From positions 528-64,527 of IMG/VR virus record IMGVR_UViG_3300002461_000585: a stretch of 64,000 nucleotides of DNA; one strand, given 5' to 3'. Origin of the DNA: a virus. Below the pieces are notes generated by a model. The model had not been told where the DNA came from. It saw only the letters and a list, made by a program, of their open reading frames with translations, and searched no databases. This document shows, in pieces, positions 16,748 through 25,130 of the stretch (position 1 is the stretch's first letter; every line of letters starts with the position of its first letter). The position numbers and the translations under genes are program-made.

Positions 16748-17117
16748 AGTCAAGAAGGTGGCCCCCAATTAACGACATCCTTGGAACGTCCGGGCGGGCA
16801 TGTAGAAAGTGAGCATTTATGCGGGCTCCGAGGGCTTGGTGGGCAGGGTTCCTACTCCTCACAACACAACGAGGTCACTCCCGCGCACGCACTAACACAA
16901 CACAGCCTGAACGCGGCATTTTGCAAGCGAGTCCAAACTGTTGTGCACAAATGCGGATATATACAACTATATTTATAAAGATAAGTAGTAGTAGTGGGGC
17001 AAATTGGGCTTGCGCCCAGTATCCGCGCGGGTTGCGAGGCAGTGTGTACGCACAGAAGTGTCGTGAGAGTGGGCCAGTGCCCGGAGCACCCCAAAATGGA
17101 GTACTCCGGTATTACTT

Positions 17118-17396
17118 TCAGTGCTGAACCTGCATGGCGCTCCACTTGCGAGCACGCGGCTTCACGTAGACGGGTACGTCCCGTACCTGCCAGAGAGGCG
17201 ACTCATAGGGCAGGCCTTGGAAGAGCGGGACCGAGATGAAGCGCACGGGCAGCAGGATGGAGCGGAACGAAGGGCGCAGGGCGCGAAGGGCCAGGGCGCC
17301 AGCAGGCAGGGACAGGTGAGCGATGTGGGTGTGGGTAGCACCCGTGCTAACCCCAGACTTGTTGGAAGCGGCGATGGTGTTGTTTGCGTAGGTCAT
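17118..17396 (-). CDS. Hypothetical protein (92 aa)
   Basis: CAGGAG RBS directly after a composite element. Confidence 0.55.
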   Translation of the reverse strand: MTYANNTIAASNKSGVSTGATHTHIAHLSLPAGALALRALRPSFRSILLPVRFISVPLFQGLPYESPLWQVRDVPVYVKPRARKWSAMQVQH

Positions 17397-17413
17397 TTGA
17401 AGCTCCTGAAAGT

Positions 17414-17503
17414 GTGAGCGTTGCTCACGGTTTGATGTGCAGCAGGACCGCTGCTGCGCCGGGGTTTTGGACTCCTGCTCGGCCGTGGCCGACACCGGTC
17501 GGA
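17414..17503 (-). promoter_or_regulatory. Composite early-arm element: TCCGACCGGTGTC (17491-17503), CGGTC-loop hairpin (17439-17462), palindrome (17414-17428)
   Basis: Direct sequence inspection. Confidence 0.75.
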
Positions 17504-17504
17504 G

Positions 17505-17741
17505 TCAGGCGTGGGTTGGCTCTTCGGTGAAGTCGCACAGTTCGTCGTGCCGGCCGGCGAGCAGACGGATGCAGACGCCGGGGTTGTTGGGCTCTTCGAG
17601 CGCACACAACGCTCCGTACCAGAACGTGTGGACCATCTTGGCGCCGGTCTTGGTCTGGGGCTTGGTCTGGGGCTTGGCGCCGTTGGCTGTGAGGAAGCCG
17701 GCGCACTGGCGCTTGAGGGAGGCGAACTTGTCGTTGGGCAT
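17505..17741 (-). CDS. Hypothetical phage protein (78 aa) with PQTK duplication
   Basis: GGAG RBS; 12-bp duplication. Confidence 0.65.
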   Translation of the reverse strand: MPNDKFASLKRQCAGFLTANGAKPQTKPQTKTGAKMVHTFWYGALCALEEPNNPGVCIRLLAGRHDELCDFTEEPTHA

Positions 17742-17757
17742 GGGGTTCTCCAGAAGT

Positions 17758-17772
17758 GTGAGCAGTGCTCAC
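17758..17772. promoter_or_regulatory. Palindrome GTGAGC-AGT-GCTCAC
   Basis: Perfect copy directly upstream of an RBS. Confidence 0.7.
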
Positions 17773-17898
17773 GGTTACAAAGGGCGCAGCAGTTGGACAC
17801 GCGCTGCCCGTGAAGTCAGGCGATGTGGTGCTGGAACAGCGTGCGAAACGACACCATCGCGTCGCTCGCCCCGCAGTTCCAACGCTCACACTGACAAA

Positions 17899-18306
17899 TC
17901 AAACAGCCTTGCAAGCACGGATGACAGCGGCCATCCGCTTCGCATCGCCCCCACAGGCTGCACAGAATGCGTCATACGCTGCGCGCTCGGCCGACTTGAC
18001 CCGCACTGGCGTCACCACGGTTTCGTGCGCCACAGGGCCCATGACGGCTTTGCACAGCTTGGAGAGCGCGGTGCGCGCGGCCATGCTGACCTTGTCGTCG
18101 TCGCACACGAACTTGCCCGTCGTGCCGTGCTCGGCGCACTCGATGCCATAGAACTTGGCGACGCCGGGGCGCAACGCGATGGTCAATGCGTCACGGTCAC
18201 GCAGCGTTGCACGTGGCAGCGCAGCACGAAGATCAGCGACGCGTTGCTGAAAGGATGCGGCGGCCTTGAGGGTGTTGACGACTGCGGTGTTGATGATGGA
18301 AGACAT
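17899..18306 (-). CDS. Hypothetical protein (135 aa), first gene of the leftward arm
   Basis: AGGAG RBS. Confidence 0.7.
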   Translation of the reverse strand: MSSIINTAVVNTLKAAASFQQRVADLRAALPRATLRDRDALTIALRPGVAKFYGIECAEHGTTGKFVCDDDKVSMAARTALSKLCKAVMGPVAHETVVTPVRVKSAERAAYDAFCAACGGDAKRMAAVIRACKAV

Positions 18307-18322
18307 GGATAACTCCTAGTGT

Positions 18323-18337
18323 GTGAGCATCGCTCAC
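18323..18337. promoter_or_regulatory. Palindrome GTGAGC-ATC-GCTCAC
   Basis: Perfect copy directly upstream of the RBS of the first early gene. Confidence 0.7.
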
Positions 18338-18571
18338 GGTTTGTGATGTCGAATGGCCTATCCAACCGACACCTTAATTATATGAATAGAGCTTTTCTGT
18401 CGTTGCGGTGTGCCGTGCGATCCGGGTGTGCGACCCCCACCGGTGGGCGGGGGACCGATATTGCGATGTGATGTGGCGACTTGTAGTAACACTGTTTCAC
18501 ACCTAGATTGGGTTTCCGGTGTAAAATCATGTCTAAACAGCCGATCAACACACCCCCGGGGGCCCCAAAAA

Positions 18572-19132
18572 ATGTTGCCAGATACCGTGTCAATCCTTAG
18601 ACAGCGTCGCTACAAGGGCCCCAAGCCCCCGTCGAGACTGCGCTGCCTGTGCCTCTGCCAGTGCGGCCAGAAATTCTTCGCGTGGAGAGCGCACCTCGTC
18701 AGCGGGAACACCAAGTCGTGCGGGTGTCTGCGCAACTCCAGAACGGGGAAGAGCGCGGGGCTGATGTCAGAGGCGTACTCAAGCACGCAGCACCCCCTGA
18801 ACTGGATGTACCTGCGCTGGATGAGCATGTGGGACCGTTGCACCCGCGAGACCCATGTGGCCTACCACCGGTACGGCGGGCGAGGGATCAAGGTCTGCGA
18901 CCGCTGGAAGGACTTCGAGAGCTTCCTGGCCGACGTGGGCGTGCCGGCCGACCGTAAGTTGACGCTGGACCGCGAGAACAACGAGAAAGGCTACGAGCCG
19001 GGGAACTGCCGGTGGGCCACGCCAAAGCAGCAGAGGGCCAACCAGACACCGCGCACGCCCAAGCCCCCGCGTGCCAAGAAGACGCCAGAACCGCTCCCAG
19101 ACGACTGGCTGGACGGCCTGCTCCCCAAGTAG
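18572..19132 (+). CDS. HNH homing endonuclease (YGGRGIKVC type)
   Basis: CLCQCG, TKSCGC, YHRYGGRGIKVCDRW, TLDRENN..GYEPGNCRWAT motifs. Confidence 0.85.
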   Translation: MLPDTVSILRQRRYKGPKPPSRLRCLCLCQCGQKFFAWRAHLVSGNTKSCGCLRNSRTGKSAGLMSEAYSSTQHPLNWMYLRWMSMWDRCTRETHVAYHRYGGRGIKVCDRWKDFESFLADVGVPADRKLTLDRENNEKGYEPGNCRWATPKQQRANQTPRTPKPPRAKKTPEPLPDDWLDGLLPK

Positions 19133-19211
19133 GGAATTCCCTGTCAAAGCGCCCACCATCGACACCGCGTGCTGCAAAGCCGTGTGGGTCGGCCCACACC
19201 CCCTCCAGACG

Positions 19212-19243
19212 AAAAAAAGCCCCCGAGTTTTCACCAGGGGGCT
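19212..19243 (-). terminator. Possible minus-strand intrinsic terminator (AGCCCCC stem, T7 tail on the minus strand)
   Basis: aaaaaaagccccc-N12-gggggct. Confidence 0.45.
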
Positions 19244-19367
19244 CAAAGTCGTTTCCGACCATCAGGAGAAGCAAGAACAACGCACGCGTTGCACCGACCT
19301 CGGAAGTGAGTGTAAACTGACCTCCATCCCGAGGGCAACCTCGCCACGCTGTAACCCCAGCGCTCAC

Positions 19368-19946
19368 ATGTTCGACCACCTGCTCGCCCTCCAGATCGAG
19401 ACCGAAGAAGAAGCCCAGCTGCTGCAGCTGGACGAGGCGTCATCCGCCCAGGTTCTCGAAGCGATGCACAAGAGCGCCAGCCCCTCCAACCCGTTCGCCG
19501 AGTTCGGCGTGCCCTCCGACGAGGAACTGGACGACGCCATCCAGAAGCGCGAGGCGCGCGAGGTCTTCACCACGCTGATCACCGAGCCCAGCGACGACGC
19601 GAAGAAGGTGGCCCTGGCCGGGATCCAGACGCCCGTGGCAGTGCAGCACCTCGTGGCCACCCTGACGGCCTACGACTGGGAGTTCATCGAGCAGGCCAAG
19701 CAGATCCGCGGCAAGATCGTGGCGCGGCTGCTGGAGGACATGGACCACAGCAACCCGAGCATCCGGATGAAGGCGGTCAAGCTGCTGGGCGACGTGACCG
19801 AGATCGGCCTGTTCACCACCAAGGTCGAGGTGACCCAGAAGATCGAGCACAACGAGGAAGAGCTCAACGCCAAGGTGGCCGAGCGCCTGCAGCGGCTCCT
19901 CTCAAGCACTGTTGTGGCGGAGGCCACGCCCCGGGAGGAGACATGA
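19368..19946 (+). CDS. Putative terminase small subunit
   Basis: Position upstream of TerL; helical, RMKAVKLLGD..EIGLFT motif. Confidence 0.6.
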   Translation: MFDHLLALQIETEEEAQLLQLDEASSAQVLEAMHKSASPSNPFAEFGVPSDEELDDAIQKREAREVFTTLITEPSDDAKKVALAGIQTPVAVQHLVATLTAYDWEFIEQAKQIRGKIVARLLEDMDHSNPSIRMKAVKLLGDVTEIGLFTTKVEVTQKIEHNEEELNAKVAERLQRLLSSTVVAEATPREET

Positions 19947-20338
19947 CCCTCATACCCTTTGGACGCCCCCAGGTCGTCAAGCTCGACAGCGCGCGGCCCC
20001 ATGTGACGGCTCCGTGCCGCTGCGCCGCGTGCGAGCACGAGTGGGTGGCTGTGGTGCCTGCGCCAGCCCCCGACACGCTGGAGTGCCCGAAGTGCGCGGT
20101 TCACACGATGGCGGCCCGCCATGCGCGGGTGCACACGGCGTTGGGGGTGCTGGACAACCTGCGTGAGGCGGTGTTCAGCGGCAAGATCGTGGGTTTTGCG
20201 GCGGTGGGTATCGAGGACGACGACAGTATCATGATGTGGTGCTCGAGCACGGGCAACGTCAGCCGGCTGCGCATGATGGGGGCCATCAGCAACTTGCAGC
20301 ACCACTATTCGCACGGCACTGAAGGCCTGGACCAGTGA
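19943..20338 (+). CDS. Hypothetical Zn-ribbon protein (CAAC...CPKC)
   Basis: Coupled overlaps with both neighbours. Confidence 0.65.
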   Translation: MTLIPFGRPQVVKLDSARPHVTAPCRCAACEHEWVAVVPAPAPDTLECPKCAVHTMAARHARVHTALGVLDNLREAVFSGKIVGFAAVGIEDDDSIMMWCSSTGNVSRLRMMGAISNLQHHYSHGTEGLDQ

Positions 20339-21933
20339 CCTCCCGCCTGGAGCACCTCACACCGGAGCAGATCCAGCTGCTGATCGCGCGGCTGCCCGAG
20401 TTGCCCGCCGCAGAGAAGCTCGCGCTGCTGGAGGACCTGGAGGCGTTTGACGTCAAGAACGCCCGCCGGCGCGCGCGGGAGGACTTCCTGGTGTTCTGCC
20501 ACCGGGTCTACGTCGGGTTCAAGGAGGGGCCGCACCACCGGCACCTGCGCCCGTTGCTCCACGACATGGCCAGGACCTGGGAGGTGGACGAGGCGCCGCC
20601 CCACGCGCTGCGCATGACGGTCAGCATGCCGCCCCGCTTCGGCAAGTCCGAATCGATCGCTTTTCTGTACGTGGCGTGGTACCTGGGGCACAACCCGAAG
20701 CACCAGATCCTGATGATCACGCACACGGCCGACCTCTCGGCCAGCTTCGGCAAGAAGGTGCGCGACCTCATCGACAGCGACGAGTACCAGCAGATCTTCG
20801 AGGGCTCCGTGCAGGTGTCCAAGGACAAGAGCGCCGCCGGCGACTGGACCACGGTGCAGGGCGGGGTCTACATCGCGCTGGGTGTGGGCGGCAACGCGGC
20901 CGGTAAAGGTGCGGACCTCCTGGTGGCCGACGACTTGGTCTCCGAGCAGGCGGTGCTCTACGGGAACCCGGCCGTGGCGTTCGAGACGGCCTGGAGCTAC
21001 ATGCAGGTGGGTCCGCTGCAGCGTCTGATGCCGGGTGGGCGGATCATCATGATTGGGACCAGATGGGGGAAGCAGGACCCCATCGCCAAGGCGATCCAGT
21101 GGTCCAAGGACAAGAAGGCCGACGGCGCGCTGCCGTGGCACGAGGTGCGCTTCCCCGCCGTGATGGACGTCGAGCGCGACGGCAAGCCCCACCAAGTCTC
21201 GCTGTGGCCCGAGCAGTGGCCGCTGAAGGAACTGCTGGCGAAGAAAGCCGGCATGCGCGCAGCGTTCTGGGCAGCCCAGTACATGCAGGAGCCCACCAGC
21301 GACTCGGCCGCCCTGCTCAAGCGCGAGCACTGGAACATCTGGCTCAAGGAAGAGCCGCCCGACTGCAGCTTCATCATCCAGACCTGGGACACCGCGCACG
21401 AGCAGAAGACGCGCAACGACTACAGCGCCTGCACCACCTGGGGCGTCTTCTTCGACGAGCACAAGCACCGCCCGGCCATCATCCTGCTGGACTACTGGAA
21501 GGGCCGCGTCGAGTTCCCCGAGCTCAAGAAAAAGGCCCGGGAGTTCTACGACCAATGGTCCCCGGATGACCTGATCATTGAGAAAAAAGCCGCGGGCGCC
21601 CCGCTGATCCAGGAACTGCGCGCGCAGGGCCTGTTCGTGGTCGAGGTGAGCCCGTCGCGCGGCAAGGTGGGCATCTCCAACGACAAATACGCCCGCACCA
21701 ACGCGGTCTCGGCCATCCTGGAGGACGGCAACGTCTGGGTGCCCGACACGGCCTGGGCCCGCGAGTTGATGGAGGTCTGCGCCGACTTCCCCAACGGAGA
21801 CTTCGACGACCCGGTGGACTGCACCGTCATGGCCTGGGAGCGGTTCCGCCGTGGCGGATTCATCCGCTTGTCCGATGACGAGGACGACGGGGATAATGAG
21901 CCCTCCGCGCCGCCCGTTGCGGCCTACTACTAG
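20335..21933 (+). CDS. terL: Terminase large subunit
   Basis: Walker A SMPPRFGKS, Walker B LLVADD, nuclease WDTA...DYSAC...DDPVD. Confidence 0.95.
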   Translation: MTSRLEHLTPEQIQLLIARLPELPAAEKLALLEDLEAFDVKNARRRAREDFLVFCHRVYVGFKEGPHHRHLRPLLHDMARTWEVDEAPPHALRMTVSMPPRFGKSESIAFLYVAWYLGHNPKHQILMITHTADLSASFGKKVRDLIDSDEYQQIFEGSVQVSKDKSAAGDWTTVQGGVYIALGVGGNAAGKGADLLVADDLVSEQAVLYGNPAVAFETAWSYMQVGPLQRLMPGGRIIMIGTRWGKQDPIAKAIQWSKDKKADGALPWHEVRFPAVMDVERDGKPHQVSLWPEQWPLKELLAKKAGMRAAFWAAQYMQEPTSDSAALLKREHWNIWLKEEPPDCSFIIQTWDTAHEQKTRNDYSACTTWGVFFDEHKHRPAIILLDYWKGRVEFPELKKKAREFYDQWSPDDLIIEKKAAGAPLIQELRAQGLFVVEVSPSRGKVGISNDKYARTNAVSAILEDGNVWVPDTAWARELMEVCADFPNGDFDDPVDCTVMAWERFRRGGFIRLSDDEDDGDNEPSAPPVAAYY

Positions 21934-21941
21934 GAGCCCCC

Positions 21942-24473
21942 ATGGCCACTCAGATGCCCTTCGAGAACAACATCCGCGAGCAGGATATGCTCTTTGACGT
22001 CGAGGAAGACCTGGACCCGGTGGAGGTGGTGCTGGAGAGCGGCGAGCCCACGGTCATCGAGAACGAAGACGGCACCGTGACCATCGAGTTGGACGGCCCG
22101 GAAGATCCCGAGGACCCGGACGACGACTTCGGGGCGAACCTTGCGCTGACACTTCCGGAGTCAGTGCTCACTAACATTGCTCAGGATCTGCTGTCGGACA
22201 TCGACGACGACCTGCGCGCGCGGGAAGACTGGGAGCGTGCCTACAAGGACGGCATCAAGCTGCTCGGCCTGAAGTACGAGGACCGCACGGAGCCCTGGAA
22301 CGGGGCTTGCGGCGTCACCCACCCCATGATGCTGGAGGCGGCGGTGCGTTTCCAGTCCGAGACCATGATGGAGACGTTCCCGGCCCACGGCCCGGTGCTC
22401 ACCAAGGTCCTCGGCAAGGAGACCAAGTCGAAGATGGCGGCGGCGCTGCGCGTGCGCGCAGACATGAACTATCAGGTTACTGAGCGCATGGTCGAGTTCC
22501 GGGATGAACACGATCGTATGCTGTTCAACCTGCCCATCATCGGCTGTGCTTTCAAGAAAATCTACCCCGATCCGACCCTTGGACGCGCGGTGTCAAAGTT
22601 CGTCGACGCCGAGAACATCATCCTGCCCTACGGGGCCACGAACGCCCGCAGTTCGGAGCGCGTGACCAACCGGATCCGCTACACCAAGAACAAGCTCAAG
22701 GCCCTGATGGCCTCGGATTTCTACGTCGATTGCGACCTGGGCGACGCGCAGCGCCTGCAGACCGACGTGCAGGAGGAAAAGGACAAGATCACCGGCCAGA
22801 GCGACATCAACGACGACCGCTTCACGGTCTACGAGAGCACGATGCTGCTCCAGATCGACGAAGACCCCCTGGCCACGGGTCTGGCCATGCCCTACGTGGT
22901 CACCGTCTGCCGCGACAACGACAAGGTCCTGGGCATCCGTCGCAACTGGAAGGAAGACGACGAGCACCACAAGCCGTGCCAGCACTTCGTGCAGTACGAC
23001 TACGTGCCGGGCTTCGGCCCCTACGGCATGGGCCTGATCCACCTGATCGGGGGCTACGCCAAGGCGGGCACCTCGCTGCTGCGCCAGCTGATCGACGCGG
23101 GCACGCTGTCCAACTTGCCCGGCGGCCTGAAATCCAAGGGCATGCGGATCAAGAACGACGACTCACCCATCCGTCCGGGCGAGTTCCGCGACGTCGATGT
23201 GGGCTCGGGCTCGGTGCGCGACAACATCATCCCGCTGCCGTACAAAGAGCCCAGCATGGTGCTCACGCAGCTGCTCAAGGACCTGATCGAGGAAGGTCGC
23301 CGTCTGCCCGGCATGGCGGACATGAAGATCAGCGACATGTCCTCCCAGGCGCCGGTGGGCACCACCCTGGCCCTCATCGAGCGCCAGCTGAAGGTCATGA
23401 CCGCGGTCCAGGCCCGTGTGCACAACAGCCTGAAGGAAGAACTCAAGCTCATCAAGCAGTGCGTGGTCGACCACGACGAGTCGCCCTACGACTACGAGCC
23501 GGCCTCGGGCCAGAAAGGCGACCGGGCCTCGGACTACGCCCTGGTGGACGTGGTGCCGGTGAGCGACCCGAACGCAGCCACGATGACCCAGCGCCTGATC
23601 CAGTATCAGGCGGCCATCCAGCTGTCCCAGACGGCCCCGCAGCTGTACAACCTCGCCCTGCTGCACCGCGACATGCTCGAGACCATCGGCTTCAAGAACG
23701 CCGACAAGCTCGTGCCGCTGCCCGAGGACCTGGACCCCATGGACCCGGTCACCGAGAACATGCGGATCCTGCGCGGCGACCCCGTCAAGGCGTTCCTGCA
23801 CCAGGACCACGAGTCCCACATCGCCGTGCACACCATGGCCATGCAGGATCCGATCCTGGCGCAGCAGATGGGCCAGAACCCCGGTGCGCAGGCCATGATG
23901 GCGGCGGCCCAGGCCCACCTCGCCGAGCACATCGGCTTCTCCTACCGCCAGAAGATCGAGGCCGAGTTGGGCGTCGTGCTGCCCCCAGAAGACCAGGAAA
24001 TGTCGCCCGAGATCGAGGTGGCCGTGTCCAAGCTCATGGCGCGCGCGGCGATGCGACTGCTGCAGCGCAATCAGGCAGCGGCACAGGCCCAGCAAGCCCA
24101 GCAACAGGCCCAGGACCCCGTGGTGCAGCTGCAGATGCGCGAGGCCGACCGCAAGGACCGCGAGGTGGCCATCAAGGAGAAGCTGGCCAACGCCAAGATC
24201 GCCGGCGACGCCGACAAGATCAAGCAGATGGAGCAGCAGCTGCAGGTCAACGCGGCCGAGAAAGCCGACATCATGCGGCTCAAGGAGCAGGACCAGCTGG
24301 CCAAGCAAGAAATCGCCGAGCAAAACCTCGTGGTGTCGGCGGCCAAGGTCGGTGTCATGGGCCGGGCCCAGGATCAGGCAGTGCTGGAGCGCGACCGCGA
24401 CGACGCCTTCAAGCTGGTCGACCTGCTGCGCCAGAACAACGCCGGCAATGACGTCGGGGAGAGCTCGAAATGA
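21942..24473 (+). CDS. Portal protein
   Basis: Follows TerL; 843 aa; Q-rich C-terminal barrel typical of P22-like portals. Confidence 0.9.
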   Translation: MATQMPFENNIREQDMLFDVEEDLDPVEVVLESGEPTVIENEDGTVTIELDGPEDPEDPDDDFGANLALTLPESVLTNIAQDLLSDIDDDLRAREDWERAYKDGIKLLGLKYEDRTEPWNGACGVTHPMMLEAAVRFQSETMMETFPAHGPVLTKVLGKETKSKMAAALRVRADMNYQVTERMVEFRDEHDRMLFNLPIIGCAFKKIYPDPTLGRAVSKFVDAENIILPYGATNARSSERVTNRIRYTKNKLKALMASDFYVDCDLGDAQRLQTDVQEEKDKITGQSDINDDRFTVYESTMLLQIDEDPLATGLAMPYVVTVCRDNDKVLGIRRNWKEDDEHHKPCQHFVQYDYVPGFGPYGMGLIHLIGGYAKAGTSLLRQLIDAGTLSNLPGGLKSKGMRIKNDDSPIRPGEFRDVDVGSGSVRDNIIPLPYKEPSMVLTQLLKDLIEEGRRLPGMADMKISDMSSQAPVGTTLALIERQLKVMTAVQARVHNSLKEELKLIKQCVVDHDESPYDYEPASGQKGDRASDYALVDVVPVSDPNAATMTQRLIQYQAAIQLSQTAPQLYNLALLHRDMLETIGFKNADKLVPLPEDLDPMDPVTENMRILRGDPVKAFLHQDHESHIAVHTMAMQDPILAQQMGQNPGAQAMMAAAQAHLAEHIGFSYRQKIEAELGVVLPPEDQEMSPEIEVAVSKLMARAAMRLLQRNQAAAQAQQAQQQAQDPVVQLQMREADRKDREVAIKEKLANAKIAGDADKIKQMEQQLQVNAAEKADIMRLKEQDQLAKQEIAEQNLVVSAAKVGVMGRAQDQAVLERDRDDAFKLVDLLRQNNAGNDVGESSK

Positions 24474-24670
24474 TCGACGAATTCGTCAAATTGGTGGTGA
24501 AAAACCTCCGGGAGCAGCGCGATTCGCGCGTTGCCTCGCTCATCGCCGGAGGTGCAGACCTCGGCGCCTACAAATACGGTTGCGGTGAGATTCACGGCCT
24601 CGACATCGCAATCGCCGAAATATTGGCCGTGCAAGAAAGCGCAGAGCATCACAATGACCCAGACGATTGA
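24470..24670 (+). CDS. Hypothetical protein (66 aa)
   Basis: YKYGCGEIHGL motif; ATGA overlap. Confidence 0.7.
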   Translation: MIDEFVKLVVKNLREQRDSRVASLIAGGADLGAYKYGCGEIHGLDIAIAEILAVQESAEHHNDPDD

Positions 24671-25118
24671 GACCTTGAACCCGGGCGGGCTGATCCTGCC
24701 GCCGGGCACCTACGCCGTCCCGAACCTGAAACAGGCCACGGACGAGGAGTTTGACAACACGCCCATGGAAGAGCGCGGCAAGCAGATCCCCAGCCCCTGC
24801 GGCTACAAGATCCTGTGCGCCATCCCCCAGGCCGAGGACACCTTCGAGAACTCGAAGATCGTCAAGGCGGACGTGGTCAAGAAAAACGAGGAAATCGGCA
24901 CCACCGTGCTCTTCGTCGTCGAGGTCGGACCTCTTGCATACCAGGACCCGGAGAAGTTTCCGACCGGCCCGTGGTGCAAAAAGGGCGATTTCATTCTGGT
25001 GCGCACCTACACCGGAACGCGTTTCAAGATCCGAGGCACGGAGTGGCGCCTGATCAATGACGATCAGGTCGAAGCCGTTGTTTTGGACCCCCGCGGGATT
25101 AGCCGCGCTGCAGCTTAA
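24654..25118 (+). CDS. groES: GroES/Cpn10-like co-chaperonin
   Basis: PCGYKIL...VVEVGPLAY...WCKKGDFILV...GT...LINDDQVEAVV pattern. Confidence 0.8.
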   Translation: MTQTIETLNPGGLILPPGTYAVPNLKQATDEEFDNTPMEERGKQIPSPCGYKILCAIPQAEDTFENSKIVKADVVKKNEEIGTTVLFVVEVGPLAYQDPEKFPTGPWCKKGDFILVRTYTGTRFKIRGTEWRLINDDQVEAVVLDPRGISRAAA

Positions 25119-25130
25119 AAGGAGAGCAAG

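Noticed and set aside
16748-17117. tRNA gene
   Set aside because: No T-loop (GTTCRA) or D-loop arrangement with a matching acceptor stem seen.
8218-17503. Integron attC cassettes
   Set aside because: No GTTRRRY/RYYYAAC box pairs and no tyrosine recombinase in the window.
5889-18337. Early-arm repeats as a CRISPR array
   Set aside because: Copies are separated by whole genes of variable length rather than 30-40-bp spacers. The Cas4-like nuclease at 60250 is a common phage exonuclease, and no cas1/cas2 is present.
5889-18337. Palindrome as lac operator or vector contamination
   Set aside because: Half-sites resemble symmetric lacO (GTGAGCGCTCAC), but these carry a 3-bp variable spacer and sit in native phage intergenic context.
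5889-18337. N4-type hairpin promoters for a virion RNA polymerase
   Set aside because: Loop sequence is unconstrained and occurs in both orientations, and I saw no RNAP motifs in the 2,713-aa protein. Not fully excluded.
18361-18373. TCCAACCGACACC as a sixth copy of the 13-mer
   Set aside because: Only the first 8 nt match, and the orientation is opposite to the other copies.
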